Part shown: in pieces, positions 19,750 through 30,118 of the stretch
How positions within the stretch are numbered: the stretch's first letter is position 1
Layout of the letters: every line of letters begins with the position of its first letter
DNA from: Hydrurus foetidus
Lineage: Eukaryota
DNA length: 64,000 bases
NCBI GenBank assembly: GCA_900617105.1
Contig: UYFQ01000023.1
Span: 372,001-436,000 of the forward strand
Reading direction: 5' to 3'
Made by a program: the position numbers and the translations under genes
The notes under the pieces: generated by a model
Database searches by the model: none
What the model was told of the DNA's origin: nothing
What the model saw: the letters and a program-made list of their open reading frames with translations, nothing else

Positions 19750-21288
19750 TTACCCTTGCGCGGCCACCCTGTCCGCTTTGCTGTGCAGCTTGTTCAACGC
19801 GCTCAGGTAGGCCTTGGCCGACGCCACCACGATATCGGGGTCGGCGCCCACTCCGTTGACCACACGGCCACTGTTTTGCAGACGCACCGTCACTTCGCCC
19901 TGGCTTTCAGTTGAGCCACTGATAGCGTTCACCGAGTACAGCACCATTTCGGCACCGCTTTTGACGTGAGATTCAATGGCTTTGAGCGAAGCATCCACCG
20001 GGCCGTTGCCGCTGGATTCCGCTTTGAATTCTTTGCCATCCACCGTGATGACGATGGCCGCATGGGGCTGCTCGCCGGTTTCGCTGCGTTGCGACAACGA
20101 GATAAAGCCATACTGCTCTTTCTCTTCGGTCACGCTTTCATCACTGACCAGCGCCAAGATGTCTTCGTCAAAAATCTCACTTTTGCGGTCTGCCAGTTCT
20201 TTAAAACGGGTGAAGGCATGGTTGATGGCGGTTTCGCTGTCGAGCTGCACGCCCAACTCGGTCAAACGCTGCTTGAAGGCATTGCGTCCGCTGAGCTTGC
20301 CCAGCACAATTTTGTTGGCCGACCAGCCCACGTCTTCGGCACGCATGATTTCGTACGTGTCACGCGCTTTGAGCACACCATCTTGGTGGATACCACTGGC
20401 GTGCGCAAAGGCGTTAGCACCCACCACCGCTTTGTTCGGCTGAACGACAAAACCAGTGGTCTGGCTGACCATGCGGCTGGCAGCCAGAATGTGCAGGGTG
20501 TCTATGCCCATCGTCAAGCCAAAGTAGTCTTTGCGGGTTTTGACCGCCATCACCACTTCTTCGAGCGAACAGTTGCCCGCACGCTCACCCAAACCATTGA
20601 TGGTGCATTCCACTTGGCGCGCGCCACCGATCTTGACCCCGGCCAAGCTGTTCGCCACGGCCATGCCCAAGTCGTTGTGGCAATGGACTGACCAAATGGC
20701 TTTGTCGGAATTGGGAATGCGCTCGCGCAAATTCTTGATGAAATTGCCGTACAGCTCGGGAATGGCGTAGCCCACGGTATCGGGCACGTTGATGGTGGTG
20801 GCACCTTCAGCAATCACCGCCTCGATCACGCGGCAGAGAAAGTCCGGGTCAGAGCGGTAGCCGTCTTCCGGGCTGAACTCGATGTTGTCCATCAAATTGC
20901 GGGCAAAACGGGTGGAAAGCTTGGCCTGCTCGAACACCTGATCGGGCGACATGCGCAGCTTCTTTTCCATGTGCAGGGCGCTGGTGGCCAAGAACAGGTG
21001 CAAACGGCCTGAAGCGGCGGGCTTCAACGCCTCAGCGGCGCGGGCAATGTCGCGGTCGTTAGCGCGGGCCAGTGAGCAAATGGTGGATTCGCGGATCACT
21101 TCGGCAATGGCTTTGACGCATTCAAAATCGCCGTTCGAGCTGGCCGCAAAGCCCGCCTCAATCACGTCCACCTTCAGGCGCTCCAGTTGGCGGGCGATAC
21201 GGACTTTTTCGTCCTTGGTCATGGAAGCGCCGGGCGATTGCTCGCCATCACGCAAGGTGGTGTCAAAAATAATGAGTTTGTCGGTCAT
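19750..21288 (-). CDS. leuA: 2-isopropylmalate synthase, E. coli-type
   Basis: [23 protein letters not shown] and [10 protein letters not shown] motifs. Confidence 0.95.
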   Translation of the reverse strand: MTDKLIIFDTTLRDGEQSPGASMTKDEKVRIARQLERLKVDVIEAGFAASSNGDFECVKAIAEVIRESTICSLARANDRDIARAAEALKPAASGRLHLFLATSALHMEKKLRMSPDQVFEQAKLSTRFARNLMDNIEFSPEDGYRSDPDFLCRVIEAVIAEGATTINVPDTVGYAIPELYGNFIKNLRERIPNSDKAIWSVHCHNDLGMAVANSLAGVKIGGARQVECTINGLGERAGNCSLEEVVMAVKTRKDYFGLTMGIDTLHILAASRMVSQTTGFVVQPNKAVVGANAFAHASGIHQDGVLKARDTYEIMRAEDVGWSANKIVLGKLSGRNAFKQRLTELGVQLDSETAINHAFTRFKELADRKSEIFDEDILALVSDESVTEEKEQYGFISLSQRSETGEQPHAAIVITVDGKEFKAESSGNGPVDASLKAIESHVKSGAEMVLYSVNAISGSTESQGEVTVRLQNSGRVVNGVGADPDIVVASAKAYLSALNKLHSKADRVAAQG

Positions 21289-21312
21289 GGGGGATCTCCG
21301 GTTCAGGTTGTT

Positions 21313-23013
21313 TTAAGCAGTCAAAGATTCAGTAGCGGATGCCGATTGTGGCGCTTTGGCACGCTGCACGCCCGAGAGTATGGCCTTCAACGAGGCGGAC
21401 ACGATGTTGGCATCCATGCCTACACCGAAAAGCGTTTCACGGTCGTCCACGCGCAATTCGAGGTAGGCGACAGCCTTGGCGTTCGCCCCAGAACCCATCG
21501 CATGTTCATGGTAGTCCAGCACCCGCACGCTGTGGCCCGTGGCGGCATTCAGCCCGGCAATGAAGGCGTCGATAGGCCCAGTGCCTTCGCCGTTCAGGGT
21601 GTAAGCCTCGCCTTGCAACGCCACTTGCGCGGCCATTTTGACCCAGGCCGTGCCATCCGCTTGCGTCTCTTCAACAAGCTGGTGGTGAGGTGCTGGCACG
21701 CTGGCAAGACCGTATTCGCGCTCAAACAAATCCCACAAATCTTGCGCCGTTAACTCTTTGCCCGCAGCGTCCATCACGCCTTGCACCACACGGCTGAATT
21801 CGATTTGCAAGCGGCGTGGTAATTCCAGGCCGAATTCGCTCTCCAACAAGTACGCGATACCGCCTTTGCCCGACTGGCTGTTCACGCGAATCACCGCTTC
21901 GTAGCTGCGGCCCAGGTCTTTGGGGTCAATCGGCAAATAAGGCATGTCCCAAATATCATCGGCCTTGCGTGCTGAAAACGCCTTCTTAATGGCATCCTGG
22001 TGTGACCCTGAAAATGAGGTGTAAACCAAATCCCCAGCGTAAGGATGGCGCGGGTGAACGGGCAACTGGTTGCAAAACTCCACCGTTCGGCGAATCTCGT
22101 CGATATTGGAAAAATCCAAGCCCGGTGAAACCCCCTGGGTGTAAAGATTCAACGCCACATTCACCACATCCAAATTGCCGGTACGCTCGCCATTGCCAAA
22201 CAAGCAGCCCTCAATGCGGTCAGCGCCCGCCATCAGCGCGAACTCACCCGCAGCCGTACCCGTGCCCCGGTCGTTGTGGGGATGAACGCACAACACGATG
22301 GACTCGCGCCGTGCCAAGTTGCGGTGCATCCATTCGATCATGTCCGCAAAAATATTGGGCGTGGAATGCTCTACGGTGGAAGGCAAATTGACAATGCATT
22401 TGTGCGATGGTGTAGGCTGCCAGACAGCCGTCACAGCATCGACCACACGTTTGGAAAAGGCCAATTCGGTGCCAGAGAACATCTCAGGGGAATACTGGAA
22501 AGTCCAGTGTGTTTGAGGCTGCCCAGCAGCAAAGTCGTTGAACATTTGAGCGTGTGTCACGGCCAAATCCACAATCTCGTCCTCGTTCATGCCCAGCACG
22601 ACACGGCGCATCACCGGTGCAGTCGCGTTGTAGAGGTGGACGATGGCACGCTTAGCCCCTTGAAGCGACTCGAAGGTGCGGCGAATCAAAGGTTCACGGG
22701 CCTGCGTCAACACCTGAATGGTCACATCGTCAGGAATAAGGTTTTCGTCAATCAACCGGCGAACGAAATCAAATTCAACTTGAGAAGCCGAGGGAAAACC
22801 TACTTCAATCTCTTTGAAACCTACCGCCACCAGCGTCTCGAACATGCGCAACTTGCGGCCCATGTCCATAGGCTCAATAAGCGCTTGGTTGCCGTCGCGC
22901 AGATCGGTACTGAGCCAAATAGGCGCTTGTGTCAGCACAGCATCAGGCCATGTGCGGTCACGCAAGGCGATGGGTTTAAAAGCGGCGTATTTGCTGGCAG
23001 GTTGTTTCAACAT
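21313..23013 (-). CDS. leuA: 2-isopropylmalate synthase, yeast/actinobacterial-type
   Basis: [34 protein letters not shown] and [11 protein letters not shown] motifs. Confidence 0.93.
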   Translation of the reverse strand: MLKQPASKYAAFKPIALRDRTWPDAVLTQAPIWLSTDLRDGNQALIEPMDMGRKLRMFETLVAVGFKEIEVGFPSASQVEFDFVRRLIDENLIPDDVTIQVLTQAREPLIRRTFESLQGAKRAIVHLYNATAPVMRRVVLGMNEDEIVDLAVTHAQMFNDFAAGQPQTHWTFQYSPEMFSGTELAFSKRVVDAVTAVWQPTPSHKCIVNLPSTVEHSTPNIFADMIEWMHRNLARRESIVLCVHPHNDRGTGTAAGEFALMAGADRIEGCLFGNGERTGNLDVVNVALNLYTQGVSPGLDFSNIDEIRRTVEFCNQLPVHPRHPYAGDLVYTSFSGSHQDAIKKAFSARKADDIWDMPYLPIDPKDLGRSYEAVIRVNSQSGKGGIAYLLESEFGLELPRRLQIEFSRVVQGVMDAAGKELTAQDLWDLFEREYGLASVPAPHHQLVEETQADGTAWVKMAAQVALQGEAYTLNGEGTGPIDAFIAGLNAATGHSVRVLDYHEHAMGSGANAKAVAYLELRVDDRETLFGVGMDANIVSASLKAILSGVQRAKAPQSASATESLTA

Positions 23014-23054
23014 GATGAGGTTTCACTCGATTTTCAAAAACCAACAGCCCAATG

Positions 23055-23091
23055 CAAAACGGCCCGCTGCTGGTGCAAACGGGCCGTTTTG
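23055..23091 (-). terminator. Attenuator terminator of the leu leader
   Basis: caaaacggcccg...cgggccgttttg hairpin between the leader ORF and leuA. Confidence 0.8.
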
Positions 23092-23109
23092 ACAGGAATC
23101 GCGCGTGCG

Positions 23110-23163
23110 CTACCGTCTCCGCCCGTAGGGGATTAGCAGTAGCGATAGCGAAATTTGGTTCAT
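23110..23163 (-). CDS. leu operon leader peptide MNQISLSLLLIPYGRRR
   Basis: ATG AAC CAA ATT TCG CTA TCG CTA CTG CTA ATC CCC TAC GGG CGG AGA CGG TAG; four Leu codons, three of them CTA. Confidence 0.82.
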   Translation of the reverse strand: MNQISLSLLLIPYGRRR

Positions 23164-23187
23164 GGTTGGATTTTAGTACAAATTACT

Positions 23188-24261
23188 TCACCGCTCCACC
23201 GTCTTGTTCCAGCGTGCATTCCAGGCGGGGCGGTTTTCATTGATCGCATCCCAGTCCACTGCGATGGCGGTTTTCATAAACTCGTTCATCTGCTTGACCA
23301 GCGCAGCCGCCTTGCCTGAAGCCTTGGTTTTGGGGTTGGACGGGATCTGGTCACCAAACTCCAGCGCGGCGGCTTGGGCATCGGGGCTGAGCAGGTATTG
23401 GGCAAGTTTGTGCGACAACTCGGGTTCGCTGTTTTTGGCAATCACGCATTCGCCCACGGTCAGCACGGCGGAACCTTCTTTGGGCTGAATATATTCAACG
23501 GGCAAGCCTTTGTCTTTCAGCACGCCCACTGCCGTGGGTGTGAGCGGAAAGAGGGCTGCCTCGCCGGTTTGCACCATTTCAGAGAGCTTGGCGGAACTTG
23601 GGATGTATTCGAGCACGTTGGGGCCAATGGTGGTGGGCCATGCTTTGAAGCCGGGTTCCACATTTTTGTCATTGCCGCCCTGGATGCGGTTGAACAGCAA
23701 AAAGCCATGCAGCCCGAAGGTGGACGATGACAAAGACTGGAACACCACTTTGCCCTTGAACTTGGGATCAGCCATGTCCATCCACGACGTGGGTGCGGCC
23801 CAGCCCTTTTCTGTGAACATCTTTTTGTTATAGGCCATACCCGTCATGCCGATGTTCACGCCAGCGGCCATATCGCCCTTAAAACGGGCGGTGGGGAACA
23901 GGTCATTCAGGGTTGCGCTGGGCTGCATTTTTTCGCACAAACCCATACCGATCGCGCGGTACATGATGCCGTCGTCCAGGAACATCACATGCATCTGCGG
24001 CTTGTCTTTGTTGGCCTGGGCCTTGGCCAGAATGTCGGACGACGTGCCCGGCACCACCACCACCTTGACGTTGTTGGCCTTTTCAAAAGCGCCAAACACG
24101 TTTTCGGTGTACGTTTTTTCCATGGTGCCACCGTTCATACCAATGTAGAGCGTTTTGGTCTGTGCGATGGCAGATGCCGACGCAAGGCTGGCCATAGCAA
24201 TGGCGCAACACAGGGCGGTGCGGGTTGGCGAAAGGCGCAAAAGATGTGATTGACGGTTCAT
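23188..24261 (-). CDS. ABC transporter substrate-binding protein (PotD/opine-like)
   Basis: Signal peptide; APTSW.D..DPKFKGK and YIQPKEG motifs. Confidence 0.88.
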   Translation of the reverse strand: MNRQSHLLRLSPTRTALCCAIAMASLASASAIAQTKTLYIGMNGGTMEKTYTENVFGAFEKANNVKVVVVPGTSSDILAKAQANKDKPQMHVMFLDDGIMYRAIGMGLCEKMQPSATLNDLFPTARFKGDMAAGVNIGMTGMAYNKKMFTEKGWAAPTSWMDMADPKFKGKVVFQSLSSSTFGLHGFLLFNRIQGGNDKNVEPGFKAWPTTIGPNVLEYIPSSAKLSEMVQTGEAALFPLTPTAVGVLKDKGLPVEYIQPKEGSAVLTVGECVIAKNSEPELSHKLAQYLLSPDAQAAALEFGDQIPSNPKTKASGKAAALVKQMNEFMKTAIAVDWDAINENRPAWNARWNKTVER

Positions 24262-25418
24262 GTTTTCTCCTGATCGGTTGAGGTGGCGGGGTGGGAATGG
24301 GGGGATGAATGAGAAAAACGGGACACAGAAAAAGCAGCAATGGGCGTGGCGGTGGCGCCATCGCGCACCAAATCAGCCAGCACCGCGCCCACAGCGGGGC
24401 CAAGCTGAAAACCACCGCCCGCAAAGCCAAACGCATGCAGCAAACCGGGTGTGGTTGCGCTTGGGCCAATGACGGGCAGGCGGTCGGGCAAATAGCCTTC
24501 GGTGCCACTCCAGGTGCGAATGATGTGGGCGTGGCGCAGAGTGGGCAACAGGTCAACGGTTTGCTGCATCAGCGTGACCAAGCCGTGACGACCGGCACGG
24601 GCACGTTGGTCGTCCAGTGCAAAGCCTTGACCACCGCCGATCACGCAGTTGCCACGTGCCACCTGCCGGGCGTAAACACCGCCCCCTTCAACACCCAGGC
24701 TGAAGTGGATAAAGTGCGGTACCGGCTCAGTCACCGCCATTTCAGGGTGGCCGGAGGTCAGCGGTACGGCATCCCCAAACTGCGCCGCGAGGGGGCCAGC
24801 CCAGGCACCCGCGCAATTCAGCAGATGCGCAGACTTCACTTCCACCGTGTTGCCTGAACGCACCACAAAGGCGTGGCCGTCATGCGCCACCTCGTCTACA
24901 GGAGTATGTTCACGAATGTCGGCACCCAAGCGCCTTGCAGCCAGGGCAAAAGCCGGCGACACCAAGCGCGGATTGGCCTGACCATCGTCAGGGCACAAAG
25001 AGCCGCCCACCGCCGCGGCACCCAGCCAAGGGCAATGGGCACGCAAGGCGCTGGCGGACAAGATTTGGATGCCCATGCCAAAACCGCGTGTACCGTTGCG
25101 GTAGTTTTCCAGCGAGGCCAAATCGGCTTCGCTGCGGGCGATTTTCAGGTGGCCTGAGCGCAGGTATTCACCGTCCATGCCAATCAACTCGGGCAACTGC
25201 GTCCAAATGCTTTGTGCCCGCTGGGCCAGTGGCAACTGGCTCAAGGGGCGGCCCTGGCGACGTACGCCGCCGTAGTTGACTCCACTGGAGCGCGAGCCGC
25301 ACAAGTCCCGCTCCAGCAACACCACAGACAAACCCATGCGGCGCAAAAACAGCGCGGCGGACGATCCCATGATCCCGCCACCCACGATGGTGACATCGGC
25401 TGAAAGGCGCTCCTTCAT
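24258..25418 (-). CDS. FAD-dependent DAO-family oxidoreductase (OoxB/HcnC-like)
   Basis: GGGIMG, SSGVNYGGVR, RTWSG.EG.LPD and GF.GGGFQLGP motifs. Confidence 0.88.
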   Translation of the reverse strand: MKERLSADVTIVGGGIMGSSAALFLRRMGLSVVLLERDLCGSRSSGVNYGGVRRQGRPLSQLPLAQRAQSIWTQLPELIGMDGEYLRSGHLKIARSEADLASLENYRNGTRGFGMGIQILSASALRAHCPWLGAAAVGGSLCPDDGQANPRLVSPAFALAARRLGADIREHTPVDEVAHDGHAFVVRSGNTVEVKSAHLLNCAGAWAGPLAAQFGDAVPLTSGHPEMAVTEPVPHFIHFSLGVEGGGVYARQVARGNCVIGGGQGFALDDQRARAGRHGLVTLMQQTVDLLPTLRHAHIIRTWSGTEGYLPDRLPVIGPSATTPGLLHAFGFAGGGFQLGPAVGAVLADLVRDGATATPIAAFSVSRFSHSSPHSHPATSTDQEKT

Positions 25419-26848
25419 GGGGACTCCCGCAGCGTGGATGCCGCCATTGCCGAAAAAGGCAGCGGTTTGAGCGGGGCTTGACCGCGCAGCCGCCCCACGT
25501 CAGCAGGGCTACAACTGTTGACATGGGCCAAAATTTCAGCCGCCGCCACGCCACATGTGCGCCCCTGGCAGCGGCCCATGCCAACGCGGGTCAAGGCTTT
25601 GAGGCGGTTCATCTCGTGGGTACCGGTGTCGGCCACGCAGCGGCGCAACTGGCCTGCGGTGATGTCTTCGCAGCGGCAAATGACCAAATCGTCAGGCGCA
25701 TCGGCGGCCCAGTCTTGGGGGAACGGAAAAGCCCGCTCCAGAGCCTCCCTGAAAGCCGCTGTGCCTGCCAGTTGGTTTTCCAGCACAGCGCAGCGCGAGA
25801 TGTCCACGCTGTGGCCTGCGTCCGCCAGCAAAGCCAGCGCAGCGCGTTCGCCCGCCCATTCCGCCGCATCGGCCCCCATGATGCCCGCACCGTCACCGGC
25901 CAAATACACCCCAGCCACACTGGAGCGCCCCGCCTTGTCGCGTACCGGCACAGCACCGCGCTGCAAGCCGTCATAGCTGAAACGGCAACCCAGCAAATCG
26001 GCCAATTGGGTTTCAGACCGCAGTGCGTAGCCAAAACCGATGGCATCACAGCGGATGTCATGCTGACGCTCACCTGTGTTGAAACCTGCACGGACACCTG
26101 TGCTGAATTTCAGCCCTGTCACCTGCGTGGTGCCAGTAGCCTCCAGCAGCTTCACCCCCTGATGCACAGGCACGCCATGCGCACGCAGCCATGCCACAAA
26201 GTACAGCCCTTTGGCCAACAGCGCGGGCTGGCGCAACATGCCCGGTGTGGCGGCGATCTTGTCGCGCCAACTGGCGGTGTCCAGCACGGCAGCCACTTTG
26301 GCACCTGCTTTGGCGTACTGGTAAGCGATCAGGTAAAGCAGCGGGCCGGTACCTGCAAAAACGACGTTGGAGCCAATGGCGCAGCCCTGGAATTTCAGCG
26401 CCACCTGCGCCGCCCCCAGCGTGAAAACGCCGGGCAAAGTCCAGCCCGCAAAAGGCAATACCCGGTCAGTAGCACCGGTGGCCAGGATCAACTGCTGGTA
26501 AGGCACCGTGCTCATCTTGCCTTGATGGAGCAAGTCAAGGCATCCACCTTCTGCGCCCCACACCAGTGTATCGGGCCGGTAGTCAATCTGTTCCAGAATA
26601 TCGGCCATCGCGCGGTGGACGGCATCAGCACGACCCGCCTCAAAACCGTACAGCACCTTTTTGCTGCGCTCAAAGCCTGACGGTGGCTGGCGGTAGATTT
26701 GCCCACCCCAGCGCGGGGCTTCGTCCAGCACCACGGGCCGCACGCCGTGCTTGACCAGAGTTTGTGCCGCACGAATACCGGCTGGGCCTGCACCGACGAT
26801 GACGGCTTGCACCGTGCGAAGACCTTTCAAGCTGTCCGCGTCATTCAT
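25415..26848 (-). CDS. FAD/NAD(P) oxidoreductase with a C-terminal BFD-like 2Fe-2S domain (OoxA/HcnB-like)
   Basis: GAGPAG, ATGA.DR..PF.GWTLPGV and ICRCE...TRVGMGRCQGRTC motifs. Confidence 0.88.
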   Translation of the reverse strand: MNDADSLKGLRTVQAVIVGAGPAGIRAAQTLVKHGVRPVVLDEAPRWGGQIYRQPPSGFERSKKVLYGFEAGRADAVHRAMADILEQIDYRPDTLVWGAEGGCLDLLHQGKMSTVPYQQLILATGATDRVLPFAGWTLPGVFTLGAAQVALKFQGCAIGSNVVFAGTGPLLYLIAYQYAKAGAKVAAVLDTASWRDKIAATPGMLRQPALLAKGLYFVAWLRAHGVPVHQGVKLLEATGTTQVTGLKFSTGVRAGFNTGERQHDIRCDAIGFGYALRSETQLADLLGCRFSYDGLQRGAVPVRDKAGRSSVAGVYLAGDGAGIMGADAAEWAGERAALALLADAGHSVDISRCAVLENQLAGTAAFREALERAFPFPQDWAADAPDDLVICRCEDITAGQLRRCVADTGTHEMNRLKALTRVGMGRCQGRTCGVAAAEILAHVNSCSPADVGRLRGQAPLKPLPFSAMAASTLRESP

Positions 26849-27138
26849 GCCACACCTCCGCTGCGGGTACACAACCGCATGCCATCTTCGATGAACGTAC
26901 CGCAAGCCCGCAGGCGCTGACCAGATTCGGTGCTGATCCAGCAGTCTTGGCAGGAGCCCATCATGCAAAACCCGGCACGCGGCTGGCCGCTGAATTCGCT
27001 GGTGCGCAGTTGTGCGGTGTGGGTCAGCACAGCGGTCAACACCGTGTCACCGGCCAGCGCCGTCACAGGCAGGCCATCGAGCACAAAAGCCACGCTGGGG
27101 CGACCGGCCTCAGTCAAGCGTTGGAGCAAGGCGGTCAT
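26845..27138 (-). CDS. (2Fe-2S)-binding subunit (HcnA-like)
   Basis: FCMMGSCQDC...RAC. Confidence 0.88.
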   Translation of the reverse strand: MTALLQRLTEAGRPSVAFVLDGLPVTALAGDTVLTAVLTHTAQLRTSEFSGQPRAGFCMMGSCQDCWISTESGQRLRACGTFIEDGMRLCTRSGGVA

Positions 27139-27929
27139 TGGTGGCCCACCAGAATTTTGTCCAGGCCGTAAATGCGGTCTAGCACCAGCATGGCTAGCGC
27201 CGTCACCGCCACCATCAGCGCAGACACCGCAGCCATCAGCGGGTCAATTGAATCGGTGGCGTACATGTACATGCGCACCGGCAGGGTGATGGTGGAGGGT
27301 GCGGTCACGAATATCGACATGGTGACTTCATCAAAACTGTTGATAAAAGCCAGCAGCCAGCCCCCCGTGACACCCGGCAAAATCATCGGCAAAGTGATGC
27401 GCCGGAACACCGTGGCTTGGCTGGCCCCCAACGACAGCGCCGCCTGTTCGGCGCTGCGGTCAGAGCCCTCCACCGAGGCCAGCACCAAGCGCAAGGCATA
27501 GGGCGTGATGACGACCACATGGGCCAGCGCCAGCCAGACAAAACTGCCGGTGGCACCGATTAACGAAAAAGTACGCAGCAGCGCCACACCCAGTACCAGA
27601 TGCGGAATGATGAGCGGCGACAAAAACAAGCCGTTCAGCACATCCCGCCCCCGAAAGCTGTGCCGTGCAATCGCCAGCCCTGCGGGCACGGCAATCACCG
27701 TGGCCAGCGTGGCCGAGAGCAGCGCGAGGTAGAGGCTGTTTTGAAAAGATTGCACAAAATCAGAATGCGCAAACACCGCCTTGAACCAGCGTAGCGACAG
27801 GTGCGTTGTCGGAATACTCAGCGTGTTTTCGGGCGTGAACGCCACCACACAGACGATGAGCAGCGGTGCCAGCATGAACGCAATGACCAGCGCGTTGAAG
27901 GCAAGAGCGAGAGGGCCGTTTTTTTGCAT
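27135..27929 (-). CDS. ABC transporter permease (PotC-like)
   Basis: EQAALSLGA...FRRITLP...SFDE EAA loop. Confidence 0.9.
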   Translation of the reverse strand: MQKNGPLALAFNALVIAFMLAPLLIVCVVAFTPENTLSIPTTHLSLRWFKAVFAHSDFVQSFQNSLYLALLSATLATVIAVPAGLAIARHSFRGRDVLNGLFLSPLIIPHLVLGVALLRTFSLIGATGSFVWLALAHVVVITPYALRLVLASVEGSDRSAEQAALSLGASQATVFRRITLPMILPGVTGGWLLAFINSFDEVTMSIFVTAPSTITLPVRMYMYATDSIDPLMAAVSALMVAVTALAMLVLDRIYGLDKILVGHQ

Positions 27930-27948
27930 GGTGCTTGTCCTTAAAGCT

Positions 27949-28803
27949 TCAGCCCAGTGATTTTTTGTAAGACCGCTCAAGCAAGCGGTTGTAGCTGAGC
28001 ATCACCACCAGATTGGCGAGCAGCAAGGTAAAAGCGATGGCTGCCCCCAGCGGCCAGTTCAGCTCGTGCAGATATTCGTCATACACAACCGTGGCCACCA
28101 TCTTCAGGCGGCGACCGCCCAGCAAGCCCGGTATGGCAAAGGCGCTGGCGCTCAAGCCAAACACAATCAAGCTGCCTGACAGCACACCCGGCAACACCTG
28201 CGGAAAAATGATGCGCCGCAAGGTGGTGAAGTGCGATGCTTGCAGCGACAACGCGGCATCTTCCACGCCGGGGTCAAGCTTTTGCAACGATGTCCAGACC
28301 GGAATCACCATGAAAGGCAGCATCACATGCACCAGCGCGATGATGACGGCGGCTTCGGTGTACAAAATCTTCAGCGTGGAGAAACCCGCCCAGCGCACCA
28401 GCTGGTTGACCAGCCCTTGCGGCCCCAGCAACATGCTCCAGCCAAACGCCCGCACCACCACCGACACCAGCAGCGGTGCCAGCACCACCAGCAGCAAAAT
28501 TGAGCGCCACGGTTTACCCATGCGGCTCAGCACATACGCCTCGGGCGCCCCCACCAGTACACAAATCAGCGTGACCAGCCCTGATATCCAGAACGTGCGC
28601 CAGAAAATCGCGTGGTAGTAATCGTCCGTCAACACGGCCAGGTAATGCGCCAGCGTGAAGCTGTTTTTGACGCCGGTGGCGTGGTCAAACACCTGAAAAG
28701 ACAACACCAGCGTCAGCGCCAGGGGCACCAGGAGCAGGCAGCCAAACAGCAGCAACGCAGGCGCTGACAGCAGCCACGGCGTGCGTGCTGAGCCGGGGCT
28801 CAT
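27949..28803 (-). CDS. ABC transporter permease (PotB-like)
   Basis: VVVRAFGW, LPFMV and EDAALSL motifs. Confidence 0.9.
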   Translation of the reverse strand: MSPGSARTPWLLSAPALLLFGCLLLVPLALTLVLSFQVFDHATGVKNSFTLAHYLAVLTDDYYHAIFWRTFWISGLVTLICVLVGAPEAYVLSRMGKPWRSILLLVVLAPLLVSVVVRAFGWSMLLGPQGLVNQLVRWAGFSTLKILYTEAAVIIALVHVMLPFMVIPVWTSLQKLDPGVEDAALSLQASHFTTLRRIIFPQVLPGVLSGSLIVFGLSASAFAIPGLLGGRRLKMVATVVYDEYLHELNWPLGAAIAFTLLLANLVVMLSYNRLLERSYKKSLG

Positions 28804-29876
28804 GCGGTCTCCTGCAGCAATCTGACTTGCTGCGCTGACCAGTCCAGGCCAACCGTCTGGGTCTCTTCGGCAGGCACGGTGCCGTCGTTGGGGCACAGCA
28901 CCACCAGCTCACCCGCAGCGGTGTGGATGCAGTACAACCACTGGCTGCCCAGAAAGAAGCGTTCCTTCACTTCACCGGACAGCCGCCCCTGACCGGGTGG
29001 CAGCAGGCGGATTTTTTCAGGGCGCAGGCTCATCACGGCGGCATCCCCCAATATTGCGCCAACGGCAAAGGCATCCCCCGGTGCATCCAACTCAATCTCC
29101 ACAGTGCCCACACGCACCGTGGTCTTGGCACCCACCAGGGCGATGATGCGGCCTTCCAGCAGATTAGCCTTACCCACAAAGTTGGAGATAAAGCGGGTTT
29201 GCGGGTGTTCGTACAACCTGTGCGGTGCATCAATCTGGGTGACACGGCCCGCTTGCATCACCACCACGCGGTCGCTGATGGACATGGCCTCGGTCTGGTC
29301 GTGCGTCACCATGACGGTGGTGGTGCCAACCTTGCGCTGTATTTGCCGCAGCTCAAACTGCATTTCTTCGCGCAACTTGGCATCCAGGTTGGACAGCGGC
29401 TCGTCCAGCAGCAGCACCGGTGGCTCGATCACCAATGCACGCGCTAACGCCACCCGCTGACGCTGGCCGCCGGACAGTTCGCGGGGGTAGCGGCCAGCGT
29501 GGGCTTCCAGATGCACCAGCGCCAAAGCAGCCTTGACGCGCTCGACCCGCTCGTCTTTCGGGGCACGGCGCATTTCAAGACCAAAGCTCACGTTGTCATG
29601 CACCGTCATGTGCGGGAACAGCGCGTAACTCTGGAACACGATGCCCAAGCCCCGGGTGTTGGGCTTGGCATGGGTGATGTCGCGCCCGTCCAGCGTGATG
29701 CTGCCGGAAGTCACGTCTGAGAAGCCCGCAATCATCTGCAAGGTGGTGGTTTTGCCGCAGCCAGAGGGCCCGAGCAAAGACACAAATTCACCCTTGGCCA
29801 CCGACAGGTTCATGTCCATCACGGCGCGGGTGGCACCGTAGGCTTTGTTCACATTCACCAGGGTCAAAAAAGACAT
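28800..29876 (-). CDS. ABC transporter ATP-binding protein (PotA-like)
   Basis: GPSGCGKT, LSGGQRQR, LLLDEP and VTHDQ motifs. Confidence 0.93.
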   Translation of the reverse strand: MSFLTLVNVNKAYGATRAVMDMNLSVAKGEFVSLLGPSGCGKTTTLQMIAGFSDVTSGSITLDGRDITHAKPNTRGLGIVFQSYALFPHMTVHDNVSFGLEMRRAPKDERVERVKAALALVHLEAHAGRYPRELSGGQRQRVALARALVIEPPVLLLDEPLSNLDAKLREEMQFELRQIQRKVGTTTVMVTHDQTEAMSISDRVVVMQAGRVTQIDAPHRLYEHPQTRFISNFVGKANLLEGRIIALVGAKTTVRVGTVEIELDAPGDAFAVGAILGDAAVMSLRPEKIRLLPPGQGRLSGEVKERFFLGSQWLYCIHTAAGELVVLCPNDGTVPAEETQTVGLDWSAQQVRLLQETA

Positions 29877-30027
29877 CAGGAAAACCTCCAGGAAGCAGGT
29901 CAATTCGTCACGCCAGAATGAGATTCAGGTCGCGCTTGGGGGTCATGCTTGGATCATGCGCAGATCAATCCATGCCACCTTAATGCCACGCATACTACGT
30001 GCCACTTTGAAAACAGGTCAACAGAGT

Positions 30028-30115
30028 ATTCCGCATATTGGTATATATTTTTAATTTATTCCACTCTATGGAATTTAAGTAAACTTATATCCATATTAAT
30101 TCCATCAATAGGTAT
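30028..30115. promoter_or_regulatory. Three related 17-bp dyads in the divergent promoter (candidate IclR operators)
   Basis: attccgcatattggtat (30028), attccactctatggaat (30058), attccatcaataggtat (30099). Confidence 0.6.
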
Positions 30116-30118
30116 TCC

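Noticed and set aside
21322..21338. Additional element copies (leuA 3' end, and near 58271 and 60910)
   Set aside because: Only one half-site matches in each case, so they were not counted.
24258..27138. Hydrogen cyanide synthase hcnABC
   Set aside because: Same family, but embedding in an ABC uptake operon with an IclR regulator favours a catabolic oxidase.
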